A stretch of 64,000 bases of DNA from Emiliania huxleyi CCMP1516. Lineage: Eukaryota. The stretch lies in assembly GCF_000372725.1 (NCBI RefSeq), contig NW_005201392.1:785660-849659 (forward strand), in the 5' to 3' direction. The stretch's first letter is position 1; every line of letters begins with the position of its first letter. The position numbers were made by a program, and so were the translations under genes. Shown one piece after another: positions 1-11,712 of this stretch. Under the pieces are notes generated by a model that made no database searches, was not told where the DNA came from, and was given only the letters and a program-made list of their open reading frames with translations.

Positions 1-2170
1 AGGCGGACCGCGAGACGGCACTCGAGCAGAGCCTCAAGGTCAAGTACGCCCGCCGCCTCCTCGCGCGGGCAAAGGTCCGAGCGAGGCGCGCGCGCGAGGA
101 CATCTCCGCCGCCGCCGGCATCTCGCGCCACGGCTACCTCTGGCGACTGCTCATATAACACAGCATGAGATGACATCACGTAACAGGCATCTCGCACCAC
201 GGCTACCTCTGGCGACTGCTCATATAACACAGCATGAGATGACATCACGTAACAGGCATCTCGCACCACGGCTACCTCTGGCGACTGCTCGACTCGCCGC
301 ACTCTGTCGGCAGCGCCCTCTCGCCCGAGGCGTTCGGATCAAGTCGCGCGCCACCCGCGCGACGAGCGCCCCGTCACGCGTGCTGCGGTGAACAGGCTCT
401 CATGTCGCTCGCCGCCGTCGCGTCGAGCTCGCGCGCCACGGCAGCTCGCCTGCGGCCGCGCCGCTCCCTCGGGGGCGCCTTGTCTGACAGCTCGGGAGCC
501 GTCCTGCAGGCGCGCCCGCAGCGGCACCGCTCCCTCGAGGAGGGCGGGCGGGCCTCGCTCTCCGACGGGTGGCAGTCGCGCCGCTCGATCTTGCGGGCGA
601 GCCAGGCGGCGGCGGCGGGCTGGCGCCGCGTCTACGTCGTGCTCGGCGGCGGGCGGCTGCGCGAGTACCGGAACTTGCAGGCCGCCCGCGACGACATCGT
701 TTCGCGCCTCGTCCTGACGGCACAGCGCGGGCCTAGTGCGCTGACTAGGCTTGCTCGATGGTGCGTGAGTGGTTGCGGCGACTCATTAGGCGCAGCGCGG
801 GTCCGACGTGCGCGCGGCGCGTGTGGTGCCACCGCGCGAGGATCGCGCGTGGTGTGCCTCGAGCTGGACGTGGCGTGGACGTGTCACGGACGCGTCTTTG
901 GACGTGCCTCTAGGGCCGCGAGTGGTGCCTCGAGCTGGATGTGCAGGGGCTAATGAAGGCGCTCGAGCGGAAGACGTACGCGTGCGAGACGCAGGAGGGC
1001 CGCGCCGCCCGCCGGAGCACGGCCGCGGACACGCCCGTCACTCGTCCCCTCTCCGCGCAGGAGGGACGCCGCCGGTGGGCCGATTGCGCGCGGTTGGAGG
1101 CGCGGACACCCGCGCGGCTCAGCCTCGAGTCCGCCATCGGCCAGGCCGGCCACTCCATCACGAGCGCCTTCAGCCATCTGCGGCTGCCGCTCGGCCTGCG
1201 CAGGGCGCACGTCGCGCCGTTCGAGGAGGGCGCCGCCACGCCGACGCGGACGCCGCCCTCGCCCGTCTTCCTGTCTGCCTGCTCGCACGCCGCCGCGCCA
1301 CGCGGCGGCTCGCGCCCCGCCTCCCCGGCCGCCGACCCCGCCGCCGAGCCGTCGGAGGGGCAGGCGCGCGCCTCGACCGCCTCGTCGGCTCCGCGGCGCC
1401 TGGCCGGCGCGTGCTCGTCCGCCACGGGGACGGAGTGGTGCAAGCCGCTGCCGCTCCCCCCCTCGCTGGCGGTGGGGGGCGCCGAGCCTGAGCCGCACTC
1501 CTCGCGGGGCACTCCCACGAGCCCTCTCGGACCCCGTCCTTGGTAGGCCCTCGAGCCGGCGCAGCGCCTCTCGGGCCGTTCGCCCAGCTCGCCCCGATGG
1601 CAGCGCCTGGCGCAGGCCAAGCTCGAGGAGATTGGCAAGGAGATCTCAAAGACGAGCGAGGAGATCGGCAAGGCGGCGCAGGCCAAGCTCGACGAGATTG
1701 GCAAGGCGGCGGGCTCGTCGCAGCGCAAGGCGCAGGAGCGGGTGAGCGCGCTCGTCCACTTTGCGCAGGAGCAGGTGGCGATCTCTCGCCGCTCGTCGAG
1801 CCCCGCCGCCGTGAGCATATCTGGGGGCGGCAAGGCGCGGCCCTGCCGGCCTTCGCGCCCGCCCCGCCCGCCCCGAGAAGGGGACGCGTGCGCAACCTTC
1901 CCGGGCGCGTGCAGCAGCGAGACCCCGGCAATCACCGCCTGCCCGCTGCGCGGCGGCGCCATCATGTGCCGCTCGAGCTCGTCGCCGTCGACGCCACGCG
2001 GAGCAGCGGCCGAGGGCGACGCGGGGGCCTCGAGCACCGAGACGCCGTCCACACCGCACAATCTCCCGCGCATTCTGTCGGAGGATGTTGCCGGCCCGCA
2101 GGAGATACCGGAGGCGAGTCGACGCGTCCCCCCGCCGCTGGCGCGGACGCTGCACTTCTCGGTCGAGTGA
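1..2170 (+). CDS. Partial multi-exon gene: possible ArfGAP-like C-terminal helix followed by a PH domain and a low-complexity tail (5' end outside window)
   Basis: Nt 3-74 translate as ADRETALEQSLKVKYARRLLARAK (resembles the ArfGAP 'I.AKY' tail) and end at a GT donor. GISHHGYLWRL (255-287) is in frame with ORF 402-953, which contains WRRVYVVLGGGRLREYRN (PH strands). Downstream exons lie in ORFs 941-1546 and 1742-2170; exact splicing is not resolved. Confidence 0.5.
117..290 (+). repeat. 69-bp tandem duplication (about 2.5 copies) spanning a splice acceptor
   Basis: Unit ggcatctcgcaccacggctacctctggcgactgctcatataacacagcatgagatgacatcacgtaaca repeats; each full copy is followed by G to give CAG, and the exon start occurs three times. 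Confidence 0.9.
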
Positions 2171-2436
2171 GGCGCCCCTACCCTTGCGCAGTGAGATTAT
2201 ACGTCCGGCGGGTGTACTGTAGCGTGTGCACCCACAACCGGTGTGCGCGTATGGTGTCTTGAGTCATGTGCACATGTACATATGGGCGCACGTCGGAGCA
2301 GCGTCCGAGCAACGTCGTACTGCGGAAAGTACAGAGCTGCGCCGTGGAGTACTATGCCGAGAACACAACACAGTCAGACAGCGATCCTCGCGGGCTCTCT
2401 CCACTTTGCTTTTTAATGTTAATCTGCTGTGCACAC

Positions 2437-3456
2437 TAGCGGCGACCTCAAGAAAAAACTCGGACCCACGAAGACAAGGAGCGCGCGCCAATGGCCGCCT
2501 CCGTGACACTCCCACCTCCTGGGCCGGCGCGGGAGTTTTACTGCCGAGTTTCTCCCGGCCGGCCGCCTCCTGACACGCCCACTGACCGAGCCCATCGAAA
2601 AAAATTCGGCGCGCCGCACTGCTCTGACCCCTGCTCGCCCCTGCTCGCCCCTGCTCGCCACTGTCGCCTCGGTTGCCGAGGCTGCCGCGCACCCGCGCGC
2701 TACGCGACTACGAACTGCACCAGCTGGGCTCGAACCAACGACCAAAACGTCCCCGACCCGAACGCTGCACCAACTAGGCCACACCGCAGGCTCGATATGC
2801 AATACGCACAAAACTGGCCGCTCATAAAGCACTACTCATTTGCCGAGGCCACGCGGCGCCCCTCCACAGCCAGCCTACCCTCCTATCGCGCCACTCGAAG
2901 CCCCGCGGCCGCCTCTCGCCTACCGCGCTGCCCTCGCCTGCCACCGCACCGCCCGCGCTCCAGCCTAACCAGCTCTGCATCTCGCAACACACACTTGACA
3001 GGGACAGACCAGGCGCAGGAAAAGGGAGCGGGGCCCGAATCCAAGGGACCACCCCGTCGGGCGGAGGAGCTGTGAACTCAGGTCCAGCAGGAAGGCTGCT
3101 GGCTCCTGACTCATCCCCCAAATCCCCCACACCTTGGCGGCCTGAAACCTTACCATTCCGACACCTCACACACACCCCTCCCCTAGGGCTAAGCAGTGCG
3201 CGAGCCCACCCGACTTCAGGCGAGACGTTGACCACTCCTTTGGAACAGTTCTGTCAGTGGCTGCACTAGACGCCCACAGAGGCGCGCGGCGCGGGCAGAT
3301 GACTAGGGGAGAAAAAGCGGAGAACCTAGCTCGCTGGGAGATGTGCGCAACCTAAAGACGGGAATAGGGGAGAGAAGTGTCAGTGTGAGGGGAGGGCGTA
3401 GGCTGGCGTTTTTGCCTTTGAAAACTGAACAGTTTTTTTTTTAGCGGCGACCTCAA
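2437..3456. mobile_element. About 1-kb insertion bounded by a 15-bp direct repeat (putative TSD)
   Basis: tagcggcgacctcaa occurs at 2437-2451 and 3442-3456. The inner ends read aagaaaaaact... and ...agtttttttttt (imperfect inverted termini). No recognisable transposase. Confidence 0.55.
2716..2788 (-). pseudogene. tRNA-derived (pseudo-tRNA or SINE-head-like) sequence
   Basis: The minus strand has an A-box TGGCCTAGTTGG and a T-arm/B-box GTTGG-TTCGAGC-CCAGC at tRNA spacing (73 nt). The acceptor stem is only partly paired and there is no anticodon stem. Confidence 0.6.
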
Positions 3457-4243
3457 CCGACTATGGAGGACCCGTCACCAGACGACGCAGGGCGGACGAC
3501 GGGGAGGCGCGGAGCAGACGCGCAGGGCGAGACGAGGGAGGGAGCAGGATGTTGCGGAGATCAGCAGGAGGATGTACGACGAGATTAGGAGCAGCAGGGA
3601 CCCGAGGGACCATGTGGAAGACGGCTAGTGCTAGTCCCCCATCGGGAGGACGACCCCGGCTAGTCGCCGACCACACCCACAAAGAACCCTGCACAAAGAC
3701 CGCAGGGCGGGGACCTGTTCCTTTTTACCCATCTCCTAGTAGAGGTGTCCGTTTTATTTATTTATTTACTCACTGTGGGGGGGGCCGCGCGCCCCCGCCG
3801 CGCCCCCCCGCCCCCCCGCCTCCGCGCACCGCGGCGAACACCGGCCGGCACCTCGGTCCTCGCGTCTGTGGGCACTCAGTCTGTGGCTCAAAATCTCTGT
3901 GGGCGGGGGGGCCCTAGTCCGCAGTGAAAAAGACAAACCCTCGAAACTTAAAACGGTCGCGGATGCGAGAAAAATTCTGTGTCGCAAGTGAGAAGTGACA
4001 GTTTCGCGCAACCAGCACCAGGGAGAGCTCTCCGAATGGAACCTCCGTGCCACCCTCCGGCGCGGCGTTGCGCAGACGCCCTGGCACCTACAATGTCGCG
4101 CCCGTCAACCGCTTCCCCCGCGGGGCCTTGCTCCCCACGGCTGCGAACTGGCCTGCTGACCGACAGGCCGTGCGCATGAGCCCCCCCTCCCTCTTCGTCA
4201 CGGCCTGGAGCTCCCCCCCCCTCCCTCCCCGCCCCCCTCTTCA

Positions 4244-7018
4244 TCACTGGGCCAACATGGCTCGCACCGCCTCGAGCCGCGGCGCGCACGCCGCGGAGAC
4301 GGCGGCGGAGTCGACGCGGCCGAGGAGCGCGCGCAGCACGTCCGCGTGTGCGCCGTCCGCGCCGGGCACGATGGCGTCGAGCAGCGCCCACGCCTGGGTT
4401 CGACACTTCCTCCTGAGGCATCAGTAGTGAGCAACGATGGCGTCGAGCAGCGCGCGCCTGCTCGTGCTGGTGCAGCAGCGGCAGCAGCGCCTGGTACGCC
4501 GCCTCGACCGCCGGCCGCGCCTCGACAGCGACGTGTGGGTGGCAGAGCAGGCCGAGCAGCAGCGCAGACAGCTCGGGCCGGCCGAGCGCGAGCGCGAGGG
4601 ACGCCTCGCCGTGCTGCGGGAGGGCGGCGAGCAGCGCGGCGGCCTGCTCGACGGGGAGCAGCTTCGGCGCCGCGGCGAGGCCGCTGCAGAAGGAGGTCAC
4701 GCGCGGGCTCTTCGAGCGCGCGATGGCGCCGAGGTGCGCCACCACCGCCTGCAGCACGGCGGCGAGGAGCGGCGGTGGCAGCAGCGGCATCACGTCGGCG
4801 ACCAGCTTCTGCCCCTTTTCGCAGCAGAGCAGCTCGGGCGAGACCGCGCCCCCCTCGGGCGGAGGCGCGCCCTCCGCCCCTCCGGGCGAGCGCAGCCGGC
4901 TAAAGAGGCGCTCGAGCAGCACGCGGCGCTGCTCCTGCCCCGCCGGGGTGCGCACGGCTGCCGACGAGGCGTGCACGCGCAGCCCGATGAGCGCCTCCCG
5001 CGCGGCGGCAACCTGGCTGCGGGTGTGCCAGCGGCTGGCGGAGAGGAGCGCGGGCGGGCCCGCGCCGTCCGGCGGTGCGCCCGTCTCGTCGGAAGGGAAC
5101 GCGCCGTCCGGCGGGTCGGGCGGGCCGCCCATCTCGATGAGCGGCTTGGGCGCGGCGATCTTTGCGGCGATCGGGCGGGTGGAGACGTTGCCGGCGCCGA
5201 GCGAGGCGCCAACCTGCTCGTTGGCTAGGGTTAGGGTTAGGTGTGGGTGTGGGTAATGGGGTAGCAGAGCCGAGCGATGCGCCGACCTGCTCGTTGGTCG
5301 CGTGCTGCGTCAGCCGGCGCGAGGTGGTGGTGGTGCTCGGCGCGGAGAGAGCGTGCTTCGCCTGGCGCGGAGAGGGGAGGAGGGGGGGGGGGGGGGGGGC
5401 GGTCGACGGGAGCGCGGAGAGGAGGGTGTGCGCGCGAGGTTGCCTTGGAGTGGCCCCCCTTCATGATCCAAAAGTGGTGGTAAAAGTCGTCGTCGACGGG
5501 GTCGTTCATCTGCAGCTGGTACGCTTGGTGGCGCAGGATGAGCTGCAGCTCCTGCCCCGTCATCCGCCGGCCCACCCGCGAGCCGGGCGCCTGCAGCTCA
5601 CCCGTCGGCGATTGGGTCCTCTCGCGTGGCTCATCACTAGAGTTCAGCCATCACTAGAGTTCAGCCATCACTAGAGTTCAGCCATCACTAGAGTTCAGCC
5701 ATCACTAGAGTTCAGCCATCACTAGAGTTCAGCCATCACTAGAGTTCAGCCGAGGCGCCTGCTGCCCGTCCATGGCCAGCCGCTAGGGTCAGGGTCACGG
5801 TAGGGGTAGGGGTAGGGGTAGGGGTTAGGGTAAGGGTTAGGGTGTGGGTACGGGTTAGGGCCAGACCTGCAGCTCGTCCATGGCCGGCCGCTGCTGCCGC
5901 GCGTGCGCCTGCTGCTGCTGCCGCGCCGCCTGCTGCTGCTGCATCACCGCCATCTGGCGCGCGACCTGCTGCTGCTGCGCCACGACCTGCGCGAGCAGGG
6001 CCTGCTGCTGCGCGGGCGGCAGGTGGGCCACCCTCGCCATCGCTGCCTGCAGGTGGGGCGGCAGGCCAGCCGCTGCGACCGGCGGCACGCCCGGAGGTGG
6101 GGGAGGCTGCTGCAGCTGCGGCAGAGCTGCGGGCACCGGCACCCCCCCCGGAGGCGGAGGCATGCCGGCTGGAGGCACTAAGCCGGCAGGAGGCGGAGGC
6201 ACTAAGCCGGCAGGAGGCGGAGGCATGCCGGCTGGAGGGTGCGGCGCCAATGGGCGAGGAGGAGGCGGCGAAGCGCCGAGCGGCGGGAGTGGCTGCGGCG
6301 GCGCGGCAGACTGCGACAGCGCGGCCCCGCCCTGCGGCGGCGGCGGCGGCTGCGGCGCGCTCACCGCGGCCTGGCGCGCAAAGCGCTGCTCGAGGTCGAG
6401 AGGGGGTCGGGCGAGGGCAACCTCGAGGACGTTGCCGCCGAGCGGAATGCCCTGCAGGCTCGCGCGCGCGCTCTCCGCGGTCGCTGCGTCCGCGTAGCTC
6501 AGCGTCGCCGTGCTCGACTCCCCCCCCCCCACCAGCTCAAACTCCTCGAGCGGACCAAAGTGAGAGAGCAGCTGCCGCGCCTGCTCCTCGCTCAGCGAGG
6601 CGGGCAGGCCGGAGACGCGGAGCGACCGCGACCCGCCGCCGGCCAGCGCCGGCGCAGCCTCGCGAGGCGGCGATTCGAGCCCCTCCAGCTTGCCGAGTAG
6701 GCCCGCGTCGAGGCCGTCGAGCGCGAGCAGGTCGTCCGGCCCGAGCAGCCCGCGGGTGGCGGCGGCGCGGTGCGGCTCAAGCGCCCCGAGCGCGCCCTCC
6801 GCGCCGAGGTCGAAGAACCCGCCGCCGCCCTCGACGCCCGCCCGCTCGGCGAGGAAGGACTCGTGCAGCGCCGCCAGCTTCTCGGAGTTGAGCTCGAAAA
6901 AGTCCTTGCCCGTGCCGACATTGTCGCCAAAGGTGTCGTCGTTGAACGCGTCCTCCTGGGCGACGACGTCCTCCACTATCGCCTCGTCCACCTCCTCGTC
7001 CTCGGGCGGCTGTGACAT
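4244..7018 (-). CDS. PAT1: PAT1/PATL-family mRNA decapping activator with an additional RRM domain (multi-exon)
   Basis: N-terminal EDAFNDDTFGD and GFFDLG motifs, a Pro/Gln-rich region, middle-domain MTGQELQLILRHQAYQLQMNDPVDDDFYHHFW (PAT1 DPY.DDFY signature), and a helical C-terminal domain ending AMLAQ* at 4244. Introns include 5214-5286 (GT-AG) and 4394-4457 (GC-AG). Confidence 0.8.
5632..5750. repeat. 17-bp minisatellite (catcactagagttcagc) x7, intronic
   Basis: Seven consecutive exact copies inside a PAT1 intron. Confidence 0.95.
5783..5860. repeat. Degenerate telomere-like (TTAGGG/TAGGGG) tract in a PAT1 intron; a second tract lies at 5226-5262
   Basis: tagggtcagggtcacggtaggggtaggggtaggggtaggggttagggtaagggttagggtgtgggtacgggttaggg; reads CCCTAA-like on the pre-mRNA strand. 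Confidence 0.85.
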
Positions 7019-7200
7019 CGCCAGTCTCCGGACCTTTTAGGCCTACGCCGCGAAGCTGCGAGCCGCGAGCCGAGAACGCGCTCGCACTACCGCGGGTAGC
7101 TCCGCCGGGCCACGCCTATTTCTTTTTTCATACAAAGACCCTGGAGCCACAGTACAATTATTATTATTATAAAGCGCAACTATTAATTCTTTTCCTCGCG

Positions 7201-8538
7201 ATGTCCACCCCGCCGCGCCGCCGCTCGCGCCGCCTCGCCTCCGCCTCCACCGCCGCCCCCTCGCCAGACGCGCCGCCGCCCGCCCGCCTGCTCGACCTCC
7301 CCAGGGAGCTCCTCGAGCGCGTCCTCTCCCGCTTCGACAGCCCCATCGACATCGCTCGCGCCGCGGCCGTCTCGCTTCTCTTTCACGCCTCGCTTGCGGA
7401 GGTGGGCATCCGCTTGTGGGCGCAAGAGCGCGGCTTCGAGCTGCCGGCGAAGCCAGAGGGCGAGGACTGTGCCGTGCGCTGGCTGTGCTATTCGGCGCTG
7501 CTGCACGAGTCCAACCCGCCGGCGAGGGCGGCGGCAGGCGAAGGGCACAGCGTCTTCATCGACGGCGAGGGGCGGCTCTCGTCGTGCGGGTCAGCGGCAA
7601 CGGAGGGCGAGGAGGAGGAAGACGACGACGAGGAGGAATCTCCAGGCCTTCTCGGTCACGGCGAGGGCGTGACGCGGCTCAACACGCCGACCCACGGCGA
7701 CCAGCAGGTCCAGTGGCTGCCCAAGAAGGTCGAGGCCTTTACTGGCCAGCGCGCCGTCGCTGTGTCGGCTGGACTTACGCACAGCATCGCCCTCACCGCC
7801 GACGGCGCCGTCTGGAGCTGGGGCTGGGGATACTCTGGCCGGTTGGGCCACGGCGACCAGCAGGACCAGCTCCTGCCCAAGAAGGTCGAGGCCTTTACTG
7901 GCCGGCGCGTCGTCACTGTGTCGGCTGGCCAGGGCCACAACCTCGCCATCACCGCTGACGGCGCTGTCTGGAGCTGGGGCCTTGGAGGTGTTGGCGAGCT
8001 GGGCCACGGTGACGATCAGGACCAGCTGCTGCCGAGGAAGGTCGAGGCCTTTGCTGGCCAGCGCGTCGTCGCCGTGTCGGCTGGAGGGGCTTACAGCCTC
8101 GCCGTCACAGCCGACGGCGCCGTCTGGAGCTGGGGCCGGGGATACTCAGGCCAGCTGGGCCATGGCGACGAGCAGCAGCAGCTGCTGCCGAAGAAGGTCG
8201 AGGCCTTTGCAGGGCGGCGCGCTGTCACCGTGTCGGCGGGAGATTTGCACAGCCTCGCCATCACCGCCGACGGCTCCGTCTGGAGCTGGGGCGATGGATA
8301 CTTTGGCCGGCTGGGCCACGGCGACGATCAGAACCAGCTGCTGCCCCAAAAGATCGAGGCCTTCGCTGGGCGGCGCGTCGTCGCTGTGTCAGCTGGAGTC
8401 TACCATAGCCTCGCCATCACCGCCGACGACGCTGTTTATGCTTGGGGCCTGGGCGAAAGCGGCTGCCTAGGCCACGGAGAGGACCTGTCGAACCAGCTGC
8501 TGCCCAAGAAGATCGAGGCGTGGGCGCCGGGGCAGTGA
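7201..8538 (+). CDS. F-box-like plus RCC1-repeat (UVR8/HERC-like beta-propeller) protein, intronless
   Basis: LLDLPRELLERVLSRF (F-box-like), followed by about six RCC1 repeats HSLAITADGAVWSWG.G..G.LGHGD..QLLPKKVEAF. ATG at 7201. Confidence 0.88.
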   Translation: MSTPPRRRSRRLASASTAAPSPDAPPPARLLDLPRELLERVLSRFDSPIDIARAAAVSLLFHASLAEVGIRLWAQERGFELPAKPEGEDCAVRWLCYSALLHESNPPARAAAGEGHSVFIDGEGRLSSCGSAATEGEEEEDDDEEESPGLLGHGEGVTRLNTPTHGDQQVQWLPKKVEAFTGQRAVAVSAGLTHSIALTADGAVWSWGWGYSGRLGHGDQQDQLLPKKVEAFTGRRVVTVSAGQGHNLAITADGAVWSWGLGGVGELGHGDDQDQLLPRKVEAFAGQRVVAVSAGGAYSLAVTADGAVWSWGRGYSGQLGHGDEQQQLLPKKVEAFAGRRAVTVSAGDLHSLAITADGSVWSWGDGYFGRLGHGDDQNQLLPQKIEAFAGRRVVAVSAGVYHSLAITADDAVYAWGLGESGCLGHGEDLSNQLLPKKIEAWAPGQ

Positions 8539-9779
8539 GAAGGTTTGGTGCCCGTGTGCGAGCTCCGTTTTCTATAGTGTGTTGAGCAGCGAAAAAAGGC
8601 AATTTCTGATGCGCCCCCGCGGGCCGCACAGCGCGCGCACACGACCGCGCGGCAAAGCGCGCACGGGCTGACACCTCGTAGTGGGCGGTGCGCCACGGTG
8701 GGGTCACGGCAGGGGGTGCTCACACTGCGCGGCCGCTGCCAGAGCGCGAAATTTCGCGACTTCGTGCTCGTGTATCTTTAGTCAGAGACATGTCTCTCGT
8801 CTCTCCTCTGAGTCTGACCCCTCCGCCCTCGTGTGAGCTGTGTGACACCTCTCTCTCTGACTGTGGGGGGTCACGTTAGAGAGAAAGAAAGAAAAAGAAA
8901 ACGCTAACCGACATCCCAAGCTAGGACTCGAGAGCTAGGAAGCTAGGCTAGCTACTCGTCGCCCTGAATGGTTGCCCAGGTTAGTCAGGACACGGATCCC
9001 GGCGTGAACACGCCGATCTGACAAAATCCCGAGTGCCTACCGCACGCGCCGCGTCGCGGCGCGTGCGGTAGGCTTTGTTTGAAGTTAAAAGTCGAATCAG
9101 AGCGGTGTCGGCGTTGTGTCCTGAGTTTTCTCCCCCGGACCGCCCAACCGGGACCGCTCCGGGACGCACGCCGGCGAAGCACCATCAAGCTGCTGTACGG
9201 CCCCGGAATCGCCTCCCCTGGCTTAGCTAGAGTGAGAGATATTGTGCACATGGTCTGTCTCTACAATATATACACTGACACTCTACCTCCCAGAGCTCGT
9301 CCCGGTCCGCCACGGCCATCCTTGGGCTTGGCCTCCGGAGGGCCCCCGGCCGCGCGGTCGGCGGCGGCGTCACAAATCCGACCACAGAGCACCGGGACGC
9401 GGTCGGGCGATCTGAGGCCCAACTAGGCGTATGCATTGCCCATCCAGTGCTATCACCTGGACCCATCAACAGGCGCCTGGGGCGCCGTGGCACGAGGTGT
9501 TGTTCACACCTGGGCAAGCACATTCATGCGCAGCACCGAGTAGGCTAGCAGTAGGTGCTAGCACCCGACTAACTACGGGCTGATTCTATTATATCCGTAT
9601 ATATTTGAGATCGCGGCAAGCCTCGGTGCCTGGCGCGAGGTCGCTTTTTTCACAAGTGGAAGAGCGGGGCATAACACGCGTGCCACCTCTCTCCTCACAC
9701 ACGTCACATGGTCCCTCGCATCGCTGCCCCGGCGCTCTCTCGCTCGCCCGGCGACGGCGGCGGCGGGAAGGAGCACGCA

Positions 9780-11156
9780 CTACGCGCAAAATCCTCGCGC
9801 AATTTTGCCCACGGGTCCCGCAGCAGCGGCCTCTCGCCCGCTTCCCCTTCCGCCGCCAGCACGCCGCGCAGCCCGCAGCTGCCTGCCGCGGAGCAAGGCC
9901 AGGGCGACGGCCGCAAGTGCCTCCACAGCAGCGCCTCCGGGTAGAGGCGACTCGCCAGGGAGGAGGAGGAGGAGGATGGATGGAGGAGGAGGAGGAGGAG
10001 GATGTGGTGGTGGAGAAGGCCACGCTTGGGACGGGCGCAGAGGCGAGCGCGCCGCTGGAGGCGTTGGCGAGCGCCTCTCCGAAGAGACGCTGCAGCAGGG
10101 GCGCCTGTTCACAGCTGCAGCTGTGAAGAGCTGCTCGTGACGGCTTGAGGTCGCGCAGCAGCACGTTATGAGTGCTCCGTGCCAGCCGCGCAGAGAGATG
10201 GTGGCGTCCACAAGACAAGCGCGTTATGAGTGCTTGCGCGAGGCTTGGCGGGGGCGGCGGGGGCGGCGGGGGCGGGGGTGGGGGCGGGCGAGGCGCGCCG
10301 ACGCGGTCGTCGCGGCGAGCAGCTGGTCGAAGGCGAGGCCTAATCTCGGGTAGTCTCGGGTAGTCTCGGGTAGTCTCGGGTAGTCTCGGGTAGTCTCGGG
10401 TAGTCTCGGGTCATCTCGGGTAGTCTCGGGTAGTCTCGGGTAGTCTCGGGTAGTCATCTCGGCCAGCCGGTCGAAGGCGAGGCCTGCGGAGGCGCAGTGC
10501 CACGGCGCGTAGACCGCGCTCGCCGACGCAGGTAGCGTTGGCGGCAGCGGCAGCGGGGCGGTGAGGAGAAGGTCCGGCCTGTGCGACATGGCTCGAGCGT
10601 GCGATGGACGTGTCGTGGACATGTCTCCAGAGTGGGGAGCAACGTCCGGGCCGTGTCCGGAGCACGAGGGTTGCGCTTGGGAAGGCACGCTCGGCCTAGG
10701 TCGACGGGCGGAGGGCTGCTGAGCCGGGCGCAACTTGGGAGGCGCTCGGCAGAGAGAGAGAGAGGGAGGGAGGGAGGGAGGGAGGGGGGGAGGGAGGGAG
10801 GGAGGGAGGGAGGGAGGGAGGGAGGGAGGGAGGGAGGGAGGGAGGTAGGGAGGGAGGGAGGGAGGGAGGGAGGAAGGGAGGGAGGGAGGGAGNNNNNNNN
10901 NNNNNNNNNNNNNNNNNNNNNNNNNNNNNNNNNNNNNNNNNNNNNNNNNNNNNNNNNNNNNNNNNNNNNNNNNNNNNNNNNNNNNNNNNNNNGCGAGATC
11001 GACCGTCACGAGGACGGAGATGTCGCCGCGGGGCGGGCAGGCGCTATGTTGCACACACTTCTCAGCGCGGGCGGAGCCCAGAGCAGTCGCGTCGAGGACT
11101 CGTCACGGGTCGACCTGCTGCTTATCCAAAGGTTTCGAGAAGGCTCATGGGAGAGA

Positions 11157-11237
<81 letters not shown>

Positions 11238-11712
11238 GGGAGGGAGAGAAGACACGCGCCTCGGCGTGCCGCCGCAGCCACTCGCAGCCCGCCATCTTGC
11301 GTAGCATTCGCAGCGTGTTGCGCTCGACTCGTCCGAGCGCCTCGGGCAGCCCCGCGGCCGCCAGCAGCGCGTCGGTGGGCGTCGAGAGGTCTGGCGGAAG
11401 CTGGCTTTGCGCTCGCAGCCTGGTCAGCGTGGGCGTGCGGCCAAACGCGGACTCCAGGAACGCCTCGGAGGGCGCGTCCTCGAGCCAGACCAGCACCGTG
11501 AAGCCACGGCCGGCCGCCGGCTGCATCACGTGCGAGCCTAGCGCTGCGGCCGTCGCAGCGAGCGAGGAGCGCCCACGCGCCGCTCCCGAGATCTCGATTG
11601 CGACGACGCTCGACGCCACGGTGGCCTCGGCCGGGGCTCGACGCCAAAGCGGCAGCGCGATCAGCAGCAGCGGCAGGAGCAGCAGCTGGGCGACTCGCAC
11701 TCGTACTCGCAT
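9780..11712 (-). CDS. Hypothetical multi-exon protein with an N-terminal signal anchor, possibly glycosyltransferase-like (spans a gap)
   Basis: MRVRVRVAQLLLLPLLLIALPLW signal anchor; later exon RPDLLLTAPLPLP...VYAPWHC..GLAFDQL. The 3' end is uncertain and a gap lies at 10893-10992. Confidence 0.4.
10343..10455. repeat. 10-bp intronic minisatellite (tagtctcggg)n, about 11 copies
   Basis: Directly visible tandem array between two copies of the exon-junction sequence. Confidence 0.95.
11151..11232. repeat. (GA)n microsatellite, intronic
   Basis: About 40 GA units. Confidence 0.95.

Noticed and set aside
2716..2788. Functional tRNA gene
   Set aside because: The acceptor stem is poorly paired and there is no anticodon stem; kept only as tRNA-derived.
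5632..5750. Regular repeat arrays (also 25176-25331, 39615-39689, 38404-39119) as CRISPR
   Set aside because: Head-to-tail repeats with no unique spacers, no cas genes, and a eukaryotic intronic context.
5783..5860. True chromosome end or telomere fusion
   Set aside because: The tract is short, degenerate, in a single orientation, and inside an intron of an intact gene.
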